Positions 38,895-48,153 are shown, counted from the stretch's first letter. The stretch is 64,000 bases of DNA from an uncultured virus (IMG/VR IMGVR_UViG_3300016474_001145) (IMGVR_UViG_3300016474_001145:1-64000), one strand, 5' to 3'. The notes: a model not told the origin generated them from the letters alone. Program-made: numbers and translations.

Positions 38895-39564
38895 ACTTAT
38901 TATATGGCATCACTTAGGTTTAGGTGACCATATTATATGTAATGGATTAGTACATGAACTAACTGCAAGAGCAGAACAGATTCTATTACCATGTAAAACA
39001 AATAATACGAAGACTGTTGCTCATCTTTATTCTGATTATCCTGATATACTTGTAGCTGATATAGGTAATCTTGATTATAACGGTGAAGCATCTGCTATTG
39101 TAAATATGTCTATTAATAATAATCTCCCTTTATTACGAATAGGATTTACGGGTAAAAACGATACGCCGTTTGATGAACAATTCTATCAGCAAATGGGGGT
39201 AGACTTTGAAAAACGTTGGACAAATTTTAGAATGCCTATAGATAAAACTAATGCAGATTTGTTCTTTAATAGTTTTATAGGACATGACGAGTATGCATTA
39301 GTTCATAATACAGCTAGTATTGGGACATATGAATTACAAATTGATACTAACTTACCTATTTACTTTGTTGACAAATCTTTAGAGAGTATGTTAGATTGGA
39401 GAACAGTTATAGAGAATGCAAAAGAAATACATTGCATTGATAGTAGTTTTATACATTTGGTAGATAGTTTAAATCTATCTGCAAACAAATTAGTTTATCA
39501 TGATGTTGGGCGTGGTAGTATTTTTAAACTTAAGAATGAGTGGAATGGGATTATTTATTCATAA
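38884..39564 (+). CDS. GT9-like glycosyltransferase
   Basis: HLGLGDHIICNG, AKEIHCIDSSF. Confidence 0.5.
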   Translation: MVPKLIIWHHLGLGDHIICNGLVHELTARAEQILLPCKTNNTKTVAHLYSDYPDILVADIGNLDYNGEASAIVNMSINNNLPLLRIGFTGKNDTPFDEQFYQQMGVDFEKRWTNFRMPIDKTNADLFFNSFIGHDEYALVHNTASIGTYELQIDTNLPIYFVDKSLESMLDWRTVIENAKEIHCIDSSFIHLVDSLNLSANKLVYHDVGRGSIFKLKNEWNGIIYS

Positions 39565-40358
39565 TGGAATTAATACGATACGATAGCTTGGTATACCAAG
39601 CAGATATGATTATAGACTATCCTTTAGAATATTATTCTAATCAAGGAGTAGTTAGAAAGAAGGATATGCCTCGGCTAACTAATTTAGATCAGATATTTGA
39701 GAATTGCCGAGTATTTGTTAAGACCGATTTTCTATCACAAGTTGTTCAATTATTAGATCAATTGACAAAACCTATTCATTTAGTTACGGGTAATAGTGAC
39801 ATAACTCCGGATAAGGACTTAGTTAATATTATACTTAATAATAGATATGTGAAATCTTGGGTTAGTAATCATATAGAAAAATCAGATGAAAGAATATTAC
39901 AAATACCTGCAGGATTTCAAGAATTTGGAAGTAATAGAAATAGCTGGTCTGTATTTCCAGATCCTTCGAAAAAAGATATAAAGTATTTGATAACACCTTT
40001 AGGTGATACTAATTCTGATAGAAAAGAATTAGACAATATAGTTTTGGATGGATTAGTAAGATTATCCAATAGACTATCATATCAAGATTATATAGAATAT
40101 ATAGGTAGAAGTTCTTTTACTCTATGCCCTGCAGGCAATGCAGTTGACTCACATCGAGTATGCGAATCTATTATTATGTTGTCAACTCCAATAGTTAAAC
40201 GAAGTATATTAGATCCAATGTATACGGAGATGGGATGTTTAGTTGTAAATGACTGGAGCAATATCAAACCAGTGAAGAAAAAACTAGACAAAAATAAAGT
40301 ATCGTTGGATTATTGGAAAAATAGAATCACGGAACATCAAAATAAATTTAAGGATTGA
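39564..40358 (+). CDS. Exostosin (GT47)-like protein
   Basis: FTLCPAGNAVDSHRVCES..PIV. Confidence 0.6.
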   Translation: MELIRYDSLVYQADMIIDYPLEYYSNQGVVRKKDMPRLTNLDQIFENCRVFVKTDFLSQVVQLLDQLTKPIHLVTGNSDITPDKDLVNIILNNRYVKSWVSNHIEKSDERILQIPAGFQEFGSNRNSWSVFPDPSKKDIKYLITPLGDTNSDRKELDNIVLDGLVRLSNRLSYQDYIEYIGRSSFTLCPAGNAVDSHRVCESIIMLSTPIVKRSILDPMYTEMGCLVVNDWSNIKPVKKKLDKNKVSLDYWKNRITEHQNKFKD

Positions 40359-40359
40359 T

Positions 40360-41028
40360 ATGTCTTCAATACAACAACTAATGCCTCCTCATCTAAAACC
40401 TGAAGATAATTTTTATAAACATTTAATGTATCTTTCTGCGCAACCAAATGTCAGAAATCTTTTGGACATTGGTGCAAGTTCAGGTGAGGGAACTACCGCT
40501 GCTTTAAATGAGGGAAGTTCATATAAACTTAATTGTAAAATTTTCGCATTGGAATTTAGTAAAGAACGATTTGCTAAATTATTGGAAAATTACAAAGACA
40601 ATAAGTTAGTGATTCCTATTAATGGAAGTAGTATTAAGTTAAAAGACTTTCCAACTAAAGAAAATGTTATTGAATTTTATCAAAAAAATAAAACTATTCT
40701 AAATAACTTTCCAGTTGAAACTATTCTTGAATGGAGAGAAGTTGATCTTGAATATATCAAGAAATTTGAAGTTGAAGAAGATCTTATTGTTAAAATAAAA
40801 AAGAAGTATTCTATCAAAAATTTTGATCTTGTAATTATTGATGGTTCAGAATTTACAGGTGAGAAAGAATTAGATTTGGTTTGGGGTAGTTCAATTATTT
40901 GTTTAGATGATGTGAATGGATATAAGAATTTTAATTCATATCACAGACTTAAGAATTCAGATGAATACGCTATGTTAGATGAAAATTTACAGGATAGGCA
41001 TGGATACGCTACATTCTACAAAAGATAA
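40360..41028 (+). CDS. SAM-dependent methyltransferase-like protein
   Basis: LLDIGASSGEGT, DLVIIDG, LDD. Confidence 0.6.
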   Translation: MSSIQQLMPPHLKPEDNFYKHLMYLSAQPNVRNLLDIGASSGEGTTAALNEGSSYKLNCKIFALEFSKERFAKLLENYKDNKLVIPINGSSIKLKDFPTKENVIEFYQKNKTILNNFPVETILEWREVDLEYIKKFEVEEDLIVKIKKKYSIKNFDLVIIDGSEFTGEKELDLVWGSSIICLDDVNGYKNFNSYHRLKNSDEYAMLDENLQDRHGYATFYKR

Positions 41029-41332
41029 AATAGATTACAAATATAACGAGGATGATCTTTTAGAACAGTTAAAAGCATATATTGATTCTACTTATTCACA
41101 ACACTATGCTACTGGTAAAATTCAGACAACCGAATTTATTATTGACAATGGACATGGTATTGGACATACTGTTGGTAATGTGATTAAATATAGCCAAAGA
41201 TATGGGAAAAAGGAAGGAAGGAATAGGAAGGACATACTAAAGATATTACACTATGCATTAATTATGCTTTATGTGCATGATCTAGAAACAAAAGAAAAAG
41301 ATGTGACCAAAATTAATTATCATCCTGTGTGA
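41000..41332 (+). CDS. DUF3310-like protein
   Basis: HY...GNVIKY..RYGKK..DILK..HY. Confidence 0.7.
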   Translation: MDTLHSTKDKIDYKYNEDDLLEQLKAYIDSTYSQHYATGKIQTTEFIIDNGHGIGHTVGNVIKYSQRYGKKEGRNRKDILKILHYALIMLYVHDLETKEKDVTKINYHPV

Positions 41333-41339
41333 GGTTATT

Positions 41340-41996
41340 ATGCAAATTAGTAAAGAAACAATTGATATTCTAAAGAATTTTGCTGGTATTAATAGCAATA
41401 TTCTTATTCGTAAGGGTAAATCACTTGCAACCATTAGTACAGCAAAAAACATTTTTGCCAAAGCTGGTGTTGCTGAAGATTTTCCTGTTGAAGTTCCTAT
41501 CTATGATTTAAATTCCCTTCTTGCTTTATTGACACTGATGGAAAATCAGAATGTAGAATTCGGTGATAAGTCATTAACTATTTCTAAAGATGGTGGCAAG
41601 TTTGAGTATTTCTATTCCAATGCCGGAGTAATTGTAGCTGCCCCAGATAAATCTATCGAGTTGGATAATCATTTTCAGTTTAAACTAACAGCTGATGATG
41701 TACAAATGATTATGAAGGCAGCTGCTATTACTTCTGCCCCGACTATCACTGTTGCTTGTAAGCATCAACAGGTTACATTAACTATCGGTGATAAAAAGAA
41801 CGATACTGCGAACACTTATAAAAAGACTATCGGTCCTGGAATTGAGGATTTTGATTGCCATATCGCAGTAGAAAATTTCAAGATTATTCCAGATGCCTAT
41901 TCAGTAACTATCTCAAAGAAAAAATTCATGCATTTTAAACATGAGACTAAATCTATTGAGTACTTCATTGCAATGGAACCAGATTCGGTGGTGTAA
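41340..41996 (+). CDS. gp45: Sliding clamp
   Basis: LKNFAGINSNI, IYDLN, YFIAME; precedes clamp loader. Confidence 0.92.
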   Translation: MQISKETIDILKNFAGINSNILIRKGKSLATISTAKNIFAKAGVAEDFPVEVPIYDLNSLLALLTLMENQNVEFGDKSLTISKDGGKFEYFYSNAGVIVAAPDKSIELDNHFQFKLTADDVQMIMKAAAITSAPTITVACKHQQVTLTIGDKKNDTANTYKKTIGPGIEDFDCHIAVENFKIIPDAYSVTISKKKFMHFKHETKSIEYFIAMEPDSVV

Positions 41997-41998
41997 TC

Positions 41999-42178
41999 AT
42001 GACTGATAAAGCCAAAGAAAATATTGAGTATATTGCAAAAATTCTAGCTGAGCGTAAAACTGGTTCCCAAGATAATTGGAATAGTTTCCAAGATAACTTC
42101 ATTGGTAAAGCCTGGGATATGGTTTTACTTATGGAGCAATTAGGATTTCTTAATAAAAAGAAATTCTGGGGTGAATAA
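41999..42178 (+). CDS. Small hypothetical protein (59 aa), not in ORF track
   Basis: MTDKAKENIEY...KKFWGE*; fills gap and stop overlaps next ATG. Confidence 0.55.
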   Translation: MTDKAKENIEYIAKILAERKTGSQDNWNSFQDNFIGKAWDMVLLMEQLGFLNKKKFWGE

Positions 42179-42927
42179 TGTTTAGTGAAAATAATTCTAC
42201 ATCTGTTATGATCGGTAGTCCGATGTATAATGGAAATTGCTATTTCGGTTATACTAGCAGTCTAATTGAAAATGTTTTAGATTTAAGACAAAATAATATT
42301 GGTGCGTATTGGACTTTTCTTCCTAATGAAAGTTTAATCACTAGGGGAAGGAACTACATTGTAGATATCTTTATGAAATCTCAGTGCTCGCATTTGATGT
42401 TCATAGATGCAGATATCGTATTCCCCAGTAATTCTATTAGAACATTGTTGAGTGCAGGAGAGGATATTATTTGTGCACCTTATCCTAAAAAGTTCATTGA
42501 TTGGGATGCCGTTGAGGCTGCATCTAAACTTGAAAACAGAGAATCCTTAGATAAGTATACTTCTTCTTATGTTATCAATTATATTGATAATGCAAATCCT
42601 CCTGTCCCAGATTACAGAGGTGTTGTAGAGGTCGCACATGCTGGTACAGGATTTATGCTTATCTCTCGTAAAGTATTTGAGATCATGACCCCGCATGTAC
42701 CGAAAGCAAGACCATCCAACTTTGGTAGATTTAATGTTTGGTACAATGAATATTTTAGAACAGGCATCGGACATGATAGTGTCTTTATGTCTGAGGACTG
42801 GTTATTTTGTGAAGAATGGAGAAACATTGGCGGTAAAGTACATTTAATGCCGGGCATTAAACTTGATCATATAGGAACACACATTTATACTGGAAGCATA
42901 GGAATTTCTGGTGCAAATGTAACTTGA
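42178..42927 (+). CDS. GT-A-fold glycosyltransferase-like protein (paralogue of 8041..8922)
   Basis: ESLITRGRN, MFIDADI, YPKK, GTGFMLI, MSEDW. Confidence 0.65.
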   Translation: MFSENNSTSVMIGSPMYNGNCYFGYTSSLIENVLDLRQNNIGAYWTFLPNESLITRGRNYIVDIFMKSQCSHLMFIDADIVFPSNSIRTLLSAGEDIICAPYPKKFIDWDAVEAASKLENRESLDKYTSSYVINYIDNANPPVPDYRGVVEVAHAGTGFMLISRKVFEIMTPHVPKARPSNFGRFNVWYNEYFRTGIGHDSVFMSEDWLFCEEWRNIGGKVHLMPGIKLDHIGTHIYTGSIGISGANVT

Positions 42928-42941
42928 TATTGGAGTTCAAG

Positions 42942-42979
42942 TAGTCTGTTTTTATAAATAATTATTTAGGAGCAGATTA
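42942..42979 (+). promoter_or_regulatory. Late promoter within RBS-sequestering hairpin
   Basis: TAGTCTGTTTT pairs with GGAGCAGATTA; TATAAATA 42953-42960 inside. Confidence 0.7.
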
Positions 42980-42980
42980 A

Positions 42981-43769
42981 ATGAACGCAATTCCTTATAC
43001 TTATTTACTAAAATGTATACCAATTAACAAGTTTTACTATGGTGTAAGATATTCTAGATCATGTCACCCTTCTGATTTTTGGATATCATATTTTACTTCA
43101 AGCAAAATAGTAAAAATTCTAATAAAAAAATATGGCAAGGATGCTTTTGTATTTGAGATACGAAAGCAATTTTCTAATGCAAATGCTGCAAAACAATGGG
43201 AACATAGAGTATTAAAAAAATGTAAAGTTTTAAATAGGCCGAATATTTGGCTCAATCAAACTGTTGGTATGTCGCCCCCTGTATTACTAGGTGAGAACAA
43301 TCCTTCCAAAAGAAAAGATGTAAGAATAAAAATATCTGAAAAACTTAAAGCAAATAATCCTATGAGGAAACAAACTACTAGAGATAAGGTATCTAAATCT
43401 ATTAGATTAGGATTTGAGAATGGTAGAAAAGTATGGAATGCAAATAAAATTAATTGTTTTTCAGAGGAATCAAGGTTAAAGATGTCAAATTCTAGAAAAG
43501 AAAAACTTCCTTGGAATAAAGGTAAAAAAAATATATACTCGGAAGAAACTTTGAAAATTATGTCGGAGAAAAAATTAGGGTTGAAGACAGGCCCTAAAGA
43601 CATACAAACGAAAAGTAAAATATCGGATGCTAGAAAAAATAAAAAATGGTATAAGAATCCTAATACTAGAGAATGTATATGTTGTTTTCCTGGTAATCAA
43701 CCTTCTGGTTGGATACCAGGAATGTATAAAAGTATTAAACCTATTCCACCACATTTAAAAAGAAAGTAA
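42981..43769 (+). CDS. GIY-YIG (Seg-like) homing endonuclease with NUMOD3 repeats
   Basis: YTY-x-FYYGVR, YFTSS; SEESRLKMS, PWNKG, SEETLKIMS repeats. Confidence 0.8.
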   Translation: MNAIPYTYLLKCIPINKFYYGVRYSRSCHPSDFWISYFTSSKIVKILIKKYGKDAFVFEIRKQFSNANAAKQWEHRVLKKCKVLNRPNIWLNQTVGMSPPVLLGENNPSKRKDVRIKISEKLKANNPMRKQTTRDKVSKSIRLGFENGRKVWNANKINCFSEESRLKMSNSRKEKLPWNKGKKNIYSEETLKIMSEKKLGLKTGPKDIQTKSKISDARKNKKWYKNPNTRECICCFPGNQPSGWIPGMYKSIKPIPPHLKRK

Positions 43770-43776
43770 TTATATT

Positions 43777-44712
43777 ATGAATAATGATGAGTTTTTGTGG
43801 ACAGAAAAGTATAGACCTTCCACAATCGATGAATGTGTATTACCCGCAGAGCAACGTAGTATTTTCAATGAGTTTGTAAAACGAGGTGAAATACCTAATA
43901 TGCTTTTATGCGGAAGCTCCGGTGTAGGCAAAACTACAGTTGCTAAAGCATTGGCTACACAACTAGGTGCAGACTTTATGTTTATTAATGCATCCCTTGA
44001 ATCTGGCATAGATGTATTAAGAACAAAAATACAAAGTTTTGCCTCAACTGTTAGTTTTTCCGGGGGAACAAAAATAGTTTTATTAGATGAGGCAGATTAT
44101 ACAAATCCAACATCCTTTCAACCTGCTCTGCGCGCATTCATTGAAGAATTTTCTGCTAATTGTAGATTCATTTTCACTTGTAACTATAAGAATAGAATCA
44201 TTTCCCCTTTGCACTCTAGGTGTACAGTCATCGAATTTAAACTACAAAAAGAGGACAAGGCAAAGATTGCAAGTAAGTTCTTCAAACGTGTGACTGAAAT
44301 TTTAAATTTAGAAAAGATTGAATTTGATCCGAAGGTTGTAGCTAAGGTCATTGAAAAATATTTTCCTGATTACAGAAGAACACTTAATGAATTGCAGCGT
44401 TATTCTGTATCTGGAAAGATTGATGAGGGAATGCTAGTAAATGTCGGCGATTTAATCATTAATGATTTAATATCCGCACTAAAAGAGAAAGACTGGAAAA
44501 GAATGAGAGCATGGGTCGCTAATAATATTGATAGTGAGCCTGTAACTATTATGCGAAAGCTTTATGATTCTTTATTAGATCAAGTTGTGCAAGTTCCTCA
44601 GTTGGTGATTGTTCTTGCAGACTATCAATATAAGTCGGCGTTTGTTGCAGATCAGGAAATTAATCTAGTAGCATGCCTTACAGAAATTATGGCTTCAGTG
44701 GAGTTTAAATGA
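43777..44712 (+). CDS. gp44: Clamp loader large subunit
   Basis: WTEKYRP, GSSGVGKT, LDEAD, SRC. Confidence 0.95.
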   Translation: MNNDEFLWTEKYRPSTIDECVLPAEQRSIFNEFVKRGEIPNMLLCGSSGVGKTTVAKALATQLGADFMFINASLESGIDVLRTKIQSFASTVSFSGGTKIVLLDEADYTNPTSFQPALRAFIEEFSANCRFIFTCNYKNRIISPLHSRCTVIEFKLQKEDKAKIASKFFKRVTEILNLEKIEFDPKVVAKVIEKYFPDYRRTLNELQRYSVSGKIDEGMLVNVGDLIINDLISALKEKDWKRMRAWVANNIDSEPVTIMRKLYDSLLDQVVQVPQLVIVLADYQYKSAFVADQEINLVACLTEIMASVEFK

Positions 44713-45218
44713 AGCAAAAAAAGACACATACTTCAGTTACTAAAGATAAACAGACTTTAAGTGATAATTCTGGTTATGTATTTGATGTGGTTAAATCTGC
44801 CAATCTTATTGAAGAAAAATGGTCTGCACCTACAATATCTCCCTTCGATTTTATAAATGCAATACATCACACCAAAGAAAATCTTATAGTAGACGATTGG
44901 TCTGAGAAACAATACAATCCATATATAGTAAATAAGGGATTGTCATATGGTCACGATACAGTTATTCCGGCCAATGAGATGAATTCTAGACCTCATATTC
45001 CAAAGGCTCTTCAGTTTTTCTTTTTAGTTAATATTATTAGAACTAAAAAAAGATTCAATAAATGGATCAAGGCCGAAAAAATTGATGCGTTAGAAGTAAT
45101 CAAGGAATACTATGGATATAGCACAGAAAAAGCCCGCCAAGCGTTAATGATTTTAACAGAACACCAGATAGAAAATATTAGGGAAAGATTAAATCGGGGC
45201 GGGTATAACAAATATTAA
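44709..45218 (+). CDS. gp62: Clamp loader small subunit
   Basis: YNPYIVNKGLS, NEMN, KEYYGYS.EKA. Confidence 0.9.
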   Translation: MKQKKTHTSVTKDKQTLSDNSGYVFDVVKSANLIEEKWSAPTISPFDFINAIHHTKENLIVDDWSEKQYNPYIVNKGLSYGHDTVIPANEMNSRPHIPKALQFFFLVNIIRTKKRFNKWIKAEKIDALEVIKEYYGYSTEKARQALMILTEHQIENIRERLNRGGYNKY

Positions 45219-45765
45219 AATGATTATTATAATTATATCCTAAAAATGTTTTTTTGCATTTTATACAAGAATATCCTTTAGCTTTATTCTTATACCTATT
45301 TTTATGTGAGTTTGATAACGCTATTTTATGTTCTATTGAAAAAGGTTTATTTCTTTTTGCTATTGACATTTTATTCTTAGTCTCAGCTGAAAAAAATTTG
45401 CCTTTATTAGGACCAGGTTTCCCTCTTAATTGTTCTATCCATTTACTTTTATTAGTGCTGTAGATTCTAGAATTGCCTTCGTATCGTAACATGCTTGAAT
45501 TTTTTCTATGACTCATAGACATAAAGGCAAAAATCATTTTATCTTGATATTTCTTTTTGACGCACTTTACTAACAGCATATGGCAAATATAGTGTTCTTT
45601 GGCTGTAAGAAATACCATATTACTTTTATCATCACTGCCGTTCAAACTTCTAGGAATAATATGATGATGTTCTAAATAAATAGATTTATTTTTATTCCAA
45701 TTTCTTATTTGTGCATTTTTTATTATGTTGAAATACCATTTAAAATACTTATTTTGTTCAAACAT
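45178..45765 (-). CDS. HNH homing endonuclease with NUMOD3 repeats
   Basis: EHHHIIPRS.NG.D..SN.V.LT.KEHYICH; probable start MFEQ at 45765 with GGAGAG RBS. Confidence 0.85.
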   Translation of the reverse strand: MFEQNKYFKWYFNIIKNAQIRNWNKNKSIYLEHHHIIPRSLNGSDDKSNMVFLTAKEHYICHMLLVKCVKKKYQDKMIFAFMSMSHRKNSSMLRYEGNSRIYSTNKSKWIEQLRGKPGPNKGKFFSAETKNKMSIAKRNKPFSIEHKIALSNSHKNRYKNKAKGYSCIKCKKTFLGYNYNNHFNICYTRPDLIFP

Positions 45766-45845
45766 TTTTCTCTCCATAAATAGATTGGGGACAGTCTCGT
45801 ACTCTCCGAGATTGGGTAAAAGCGGCAACTTTTACCCTTACCCAT

Positions 45846-45873
45846 TATTTATAAATTCTGTTTTTTATAAATA
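45846..45873. promoter_or_regulatory. Divergent late promoters
   Basis: TATAAATA on minus (45846-53) and plus (45866-73). Confidence 0.7.
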
Positions 45874-45874
45874 A

Positions 45875-46015
45875 ATGTATGATGCGTTAGAAGTAATCAA
45901 GGAATACTATGGATATAGCACAGAAAAAGCCCGCCAAGTATTACCTCTTCTAGATGACAATCAAATAGAAACTATAAGAACAAGATTGCATAAAGGTGGC
46001 CAAAATGGCAGATGA
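45875..46015 (+). pseudogene. Displaced second gp62 C-terminus (46-aa mini-ORF)
   Basis: MYDALEVIKEYYGYSTEKARQVLPLLDDNQIETIRTRLHKGGQNGR*, overlapping regA start. Confidence 0.7.
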
Positions 46016-46436
46016 TTTATTTCATATTGATTTTCCAGGTTATCAACCTTTAGAAGTTGTATTAACCCACCCTGACGACTTTTTAAAAGTCAGGGAAACA
46101 TTAACTAGAATAGGCGTTGCATCTAGAAAAGACAAAGTTCTATATCAATCTTGTCATATTCTACACAAGCAGGGCAGATATTTTATTGTTCATTTTAAAG
46201 AATTATTTGCGTTAGATGGAAAGCAAGCTGACTTAACTGATAATGATTTGCAGAGACGAAATACTATTGCTAAATTATTGGTTGATTGGGGCCTAGTAAA
46301 AATTCTAAATGCTAATATGTTTCTAGATACTGCACCATTATCTCAAATCAAAGTTATTTCCTTTAAAGAAAAGAATGACTGGGATTTACAAACTAAGTAT
46401 AATATCGGCAAAAAGGGAAGAGCTGCTGATATCTAG
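46005..46436 (+). CDS. regA: Translational repressor RegA
   Basis: DDFLKVRETLTRIG, LYQSCHILHKQG, HFKELF. Confidence 0.95.
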   Translation: MADDLFHIDFPGYQPLEVVLTHPDDFLKVRETLTRIGVASRKDKVLYQSCHILHKQGRYFIVHFKELFALDGKQADLTDNDLQRRNTIAKLLVDWGLVKILNANMFLDTAPLSQIKVISFKEKNDWDLQTKYNIGKKGRAADI

Positions 46437-46437
46437 A

Positions 46438-46556
46438 TATAAATAATTATATCCCCGGGATGGGACTAGCATACCAGCGAAGGCTAGTAAAATATTCACT
46501 GGTGCCAACGCCATTTGGGTTGGTAATCTTAATACTCGCTTAATAGGAGAACTAAA
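46438..46556 (+). promoter_or_regulatory. Late promoter and structured hsp20 leader (pseudoknot + ROSE-like SD hairpin)
   Basis: TATAAATA 46438-45; ACUAGC/GCUAGU stem with loop UACCAG pairing CUGGUG; CUCGCU-uaau-AGGAG hairpin with bulged G. Confidence 0.55.
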
Positions 46557-47057
46557 ATGACTTTACTTTTGAAAAACGGACCTTACGATATGTTTAAGGA
46601 TTTCGATAAATTATTTGTTGGTTTCGACGATACATATAATCGCATGGCTAAATTCCATGACGATATGACCAAAAATATTCCTAATTATCCTCCGTACAAT
46701 ATTCGTAAAGTAGAAGATAACAGATATGTTATTGAGTTAGCAGTTGCAGGATTTGCTAAATCAGACATTGAAGTTACTTTTGAGGACAACAAACTTATTA
46801 TTTCTGGTAAAGCCCAAGAGGACAATGATAACTTCTTGTTTAAGGGCATTGCCAATAGAGCTTTTACTCGTACATTCTTTTTGGATGACACTGTTGAAAT
46901 TAATGATGCAGCAATGATTAATGGTATGCTTAAGATTGCTCTAGAAAAAATTATTCCAGAACATAAGAAGCCGAAAAAAATTGAAGTAAAAGATACTGAA
47001 TCTAAATCTAGCAAAAAAACATTTTTGACTGAGAAAAATAATGACATTAATATCTAG
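46557..47057 (+). CDS. hsp20: Small heat-shock protein (IbpA-like)
   Basis: NYPPYNI, ELAVAGF, GIANRAFTR, NGML. Confidence 0.93.
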   Translation: MTLLLKNGPYDMFKDFDKLFVGFDDTYNRMAKFHDDMTKNIPNYPPYNIRKVEDNRYVIELAVAGFAKSDIEVTFEDNKLIISGKAQEDNDNFLFKGIANRAFTRTFFLDDTVEINDAAMINGMLKIALEKIIPEHKKPKKIEVKDTESKSSKKTFLTEKNNDINI

Positions 47058-47193
47058 TTTTACTTTAATTAAAGTATGGCTAGATAAAATTTTTCGAATT
47101 CCTTCAATAGCTGAAATATATCTTTCTAAAAGTATTGATAGAGCCGACTTTAGTTACAGAGAAAAAATTCTACAACAAAAGGGAATCCTATGA
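47041..47193 (+). CDS. Small protein, DUF3563-like (50 aa), not in ORF track
   Basis: EIYLSKSIDRADFSYRE motif. Confidence 0.45.
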   Translation: MTLISSFTLIKVWLDKIFRIPSIAEIYLSKSIDRADFSYREKILQQKGIL

Positions 47194-47294
47194 AAGTACT
47201 AAAGAAAATCTGGAGTTTATTTGAAGCTATGGCTGAAGGTAGGAGAATGAGAGTGGATCGTGAAGTACAAGAATATATTCGCAACAATAGATAA
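47190..47294 (+). CDS. Small hypothetical protein (34 aa)
   Basis: ATGA overlap; MKVLKKIWSLFEAMAEGRR... Confidence 0.4.
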   Translation: MKVLKKIWSLFEAMAEGRRMRVDREVQEYIRNNR

Positions 47295-47463
47295 TTTTTG
47301 TACCTTTGATACAATAAAACTAGGGAACCGATTGGTAAAAATTAGTTCCCTAGATAATCAAATTCTAATTCATTCTTTCAATAGTATCACATTGGAGTAT
47401 GACTTAATAATGTTTACTAGTGAAATAGAAGCATTTAATTATTTGGAGAGATTATATGATTAA
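47260..47463 (+). CDS. Small hypothetical protein
   Basis: ORF track; start uncertain; overlaps next gene. Confidence 0.4.
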   Translation: MKYKNIFATIDNFCTFDTIKLGNRLVKISSLDNQILIHSFNSITLEYDLIMFTSEIEAFNYLERLYD

Positions 47464-47734
47464 GGTGGTAAAACTTATCACTACTGAAGAAATTGTAGGC
47501 GAGATTAAGGACCAAGGTGATTACTATTTGATAGAACAACCATGTGCTATTGCTATAATTCCCTCACAGTCATCTTTTAATGAACATCGTATGGGATTGA
47601 TTCCATATGCTGGTTACACAAAGAACCATAAGATTGAAGTAAAGAAATCTATGATTGCGTGGGAAGCAGAACCAGCAGAAGAATTATACAATAACTATAA
47701 TAAGGTATTCGGTACCGGTATTCAATTACTATAA
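47456..47734 (+). CDS. Conserved small beta-barrel hypothetical protein
   Basis: KLITTEEIVG...Y..VFGTGI pattern common in T4-like phages; GGAG RBS. Confidence 0.7.
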   Translation: MIKVVKLITTEEIVGEIKDQGDYYLIEQPCAIAIIPSQSSFNEHRMGLIPYAGYTKNHKIEVKKSMIAWEAEPAEELYNNYNKVFGTGIQLL

Positions 47735-47735
47735 T

Positions 47736-48038
47736 ATGAGAGATAGATCTAACGGCCCTGTGGTCTATATTGATCCTAAAACGGGCAGGCCTAAATGTAC
47801 ACCCTCTGATTGTAAAGATAAATTAAAGCAATACACTGAAGTAATTGAAACAAATTACAAATGGGTAGGTGGACCAGTTAAACATACTTTTCATTATTCT
47901 ATTTGTCAAGAATGTAATACTAGGACTATTACTAATTTAGATAAAAAGAAAACTGATGAGTCGTACAAACGCGGCACTAAAAACAAAGGTGTTGATCCAG
48001 AACTTGAGGAATTAGATAATGTCAGAGAAGAAGCATAA
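47736..48038 (+). CDS. Hypothetical Cys-containing protein
   Basis: Internal ATG (MRDRSNG) of track ORF; CxxxxC and CxxC. Confidence 0.5.
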   Translation: MRDRSNGPVVYIDPKTGRPKCTPSDCKDKLKQYTEVIETNYKWVGGPVKHTFHYSICQECNTRTITNLDKKKTDESYKRGTKNKGVDPELEELDNVREEA

Positions 48039-48138
48039 AACAGTAGAAAAGAAAACAAGACAAAATGGTAGCAAAACTGCTACCATGAATAAACATACTA
48101 AAAGATCATACAAGAAGTATAGAGGTCAGGGCAAGTAA
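48019..48138 (+). CDS. Small basic protein (39 aa), not in ORF track
   Basis: GAGG RBS; MSEKKHK...KRSYKKYRGQGK*. Confidence 0.55.
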   Translation: MSEKKHKTVEKKTRQNGSKTATMNKHTKRSYKKYRGQGK

Positions 48139-48153
48139 TAAATAGTAGACTAG

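Larger units (their letters stand above)
45083..45938. repeat. 59-bp perfect direct repeat (45083-45141 and 45880-45938) flanking an HNH cassette
   Basis: TGATGCGTTAGAAG...GCCCGCCAAG read at both positions. Confidence 0.9.

Noticed and set aside
46453..46505. Programmed -1 frameshift (CCCCGGG + pseudoknot)
   Set aside because: Located after the regA stop in non-coding leader, with no ORF running through it
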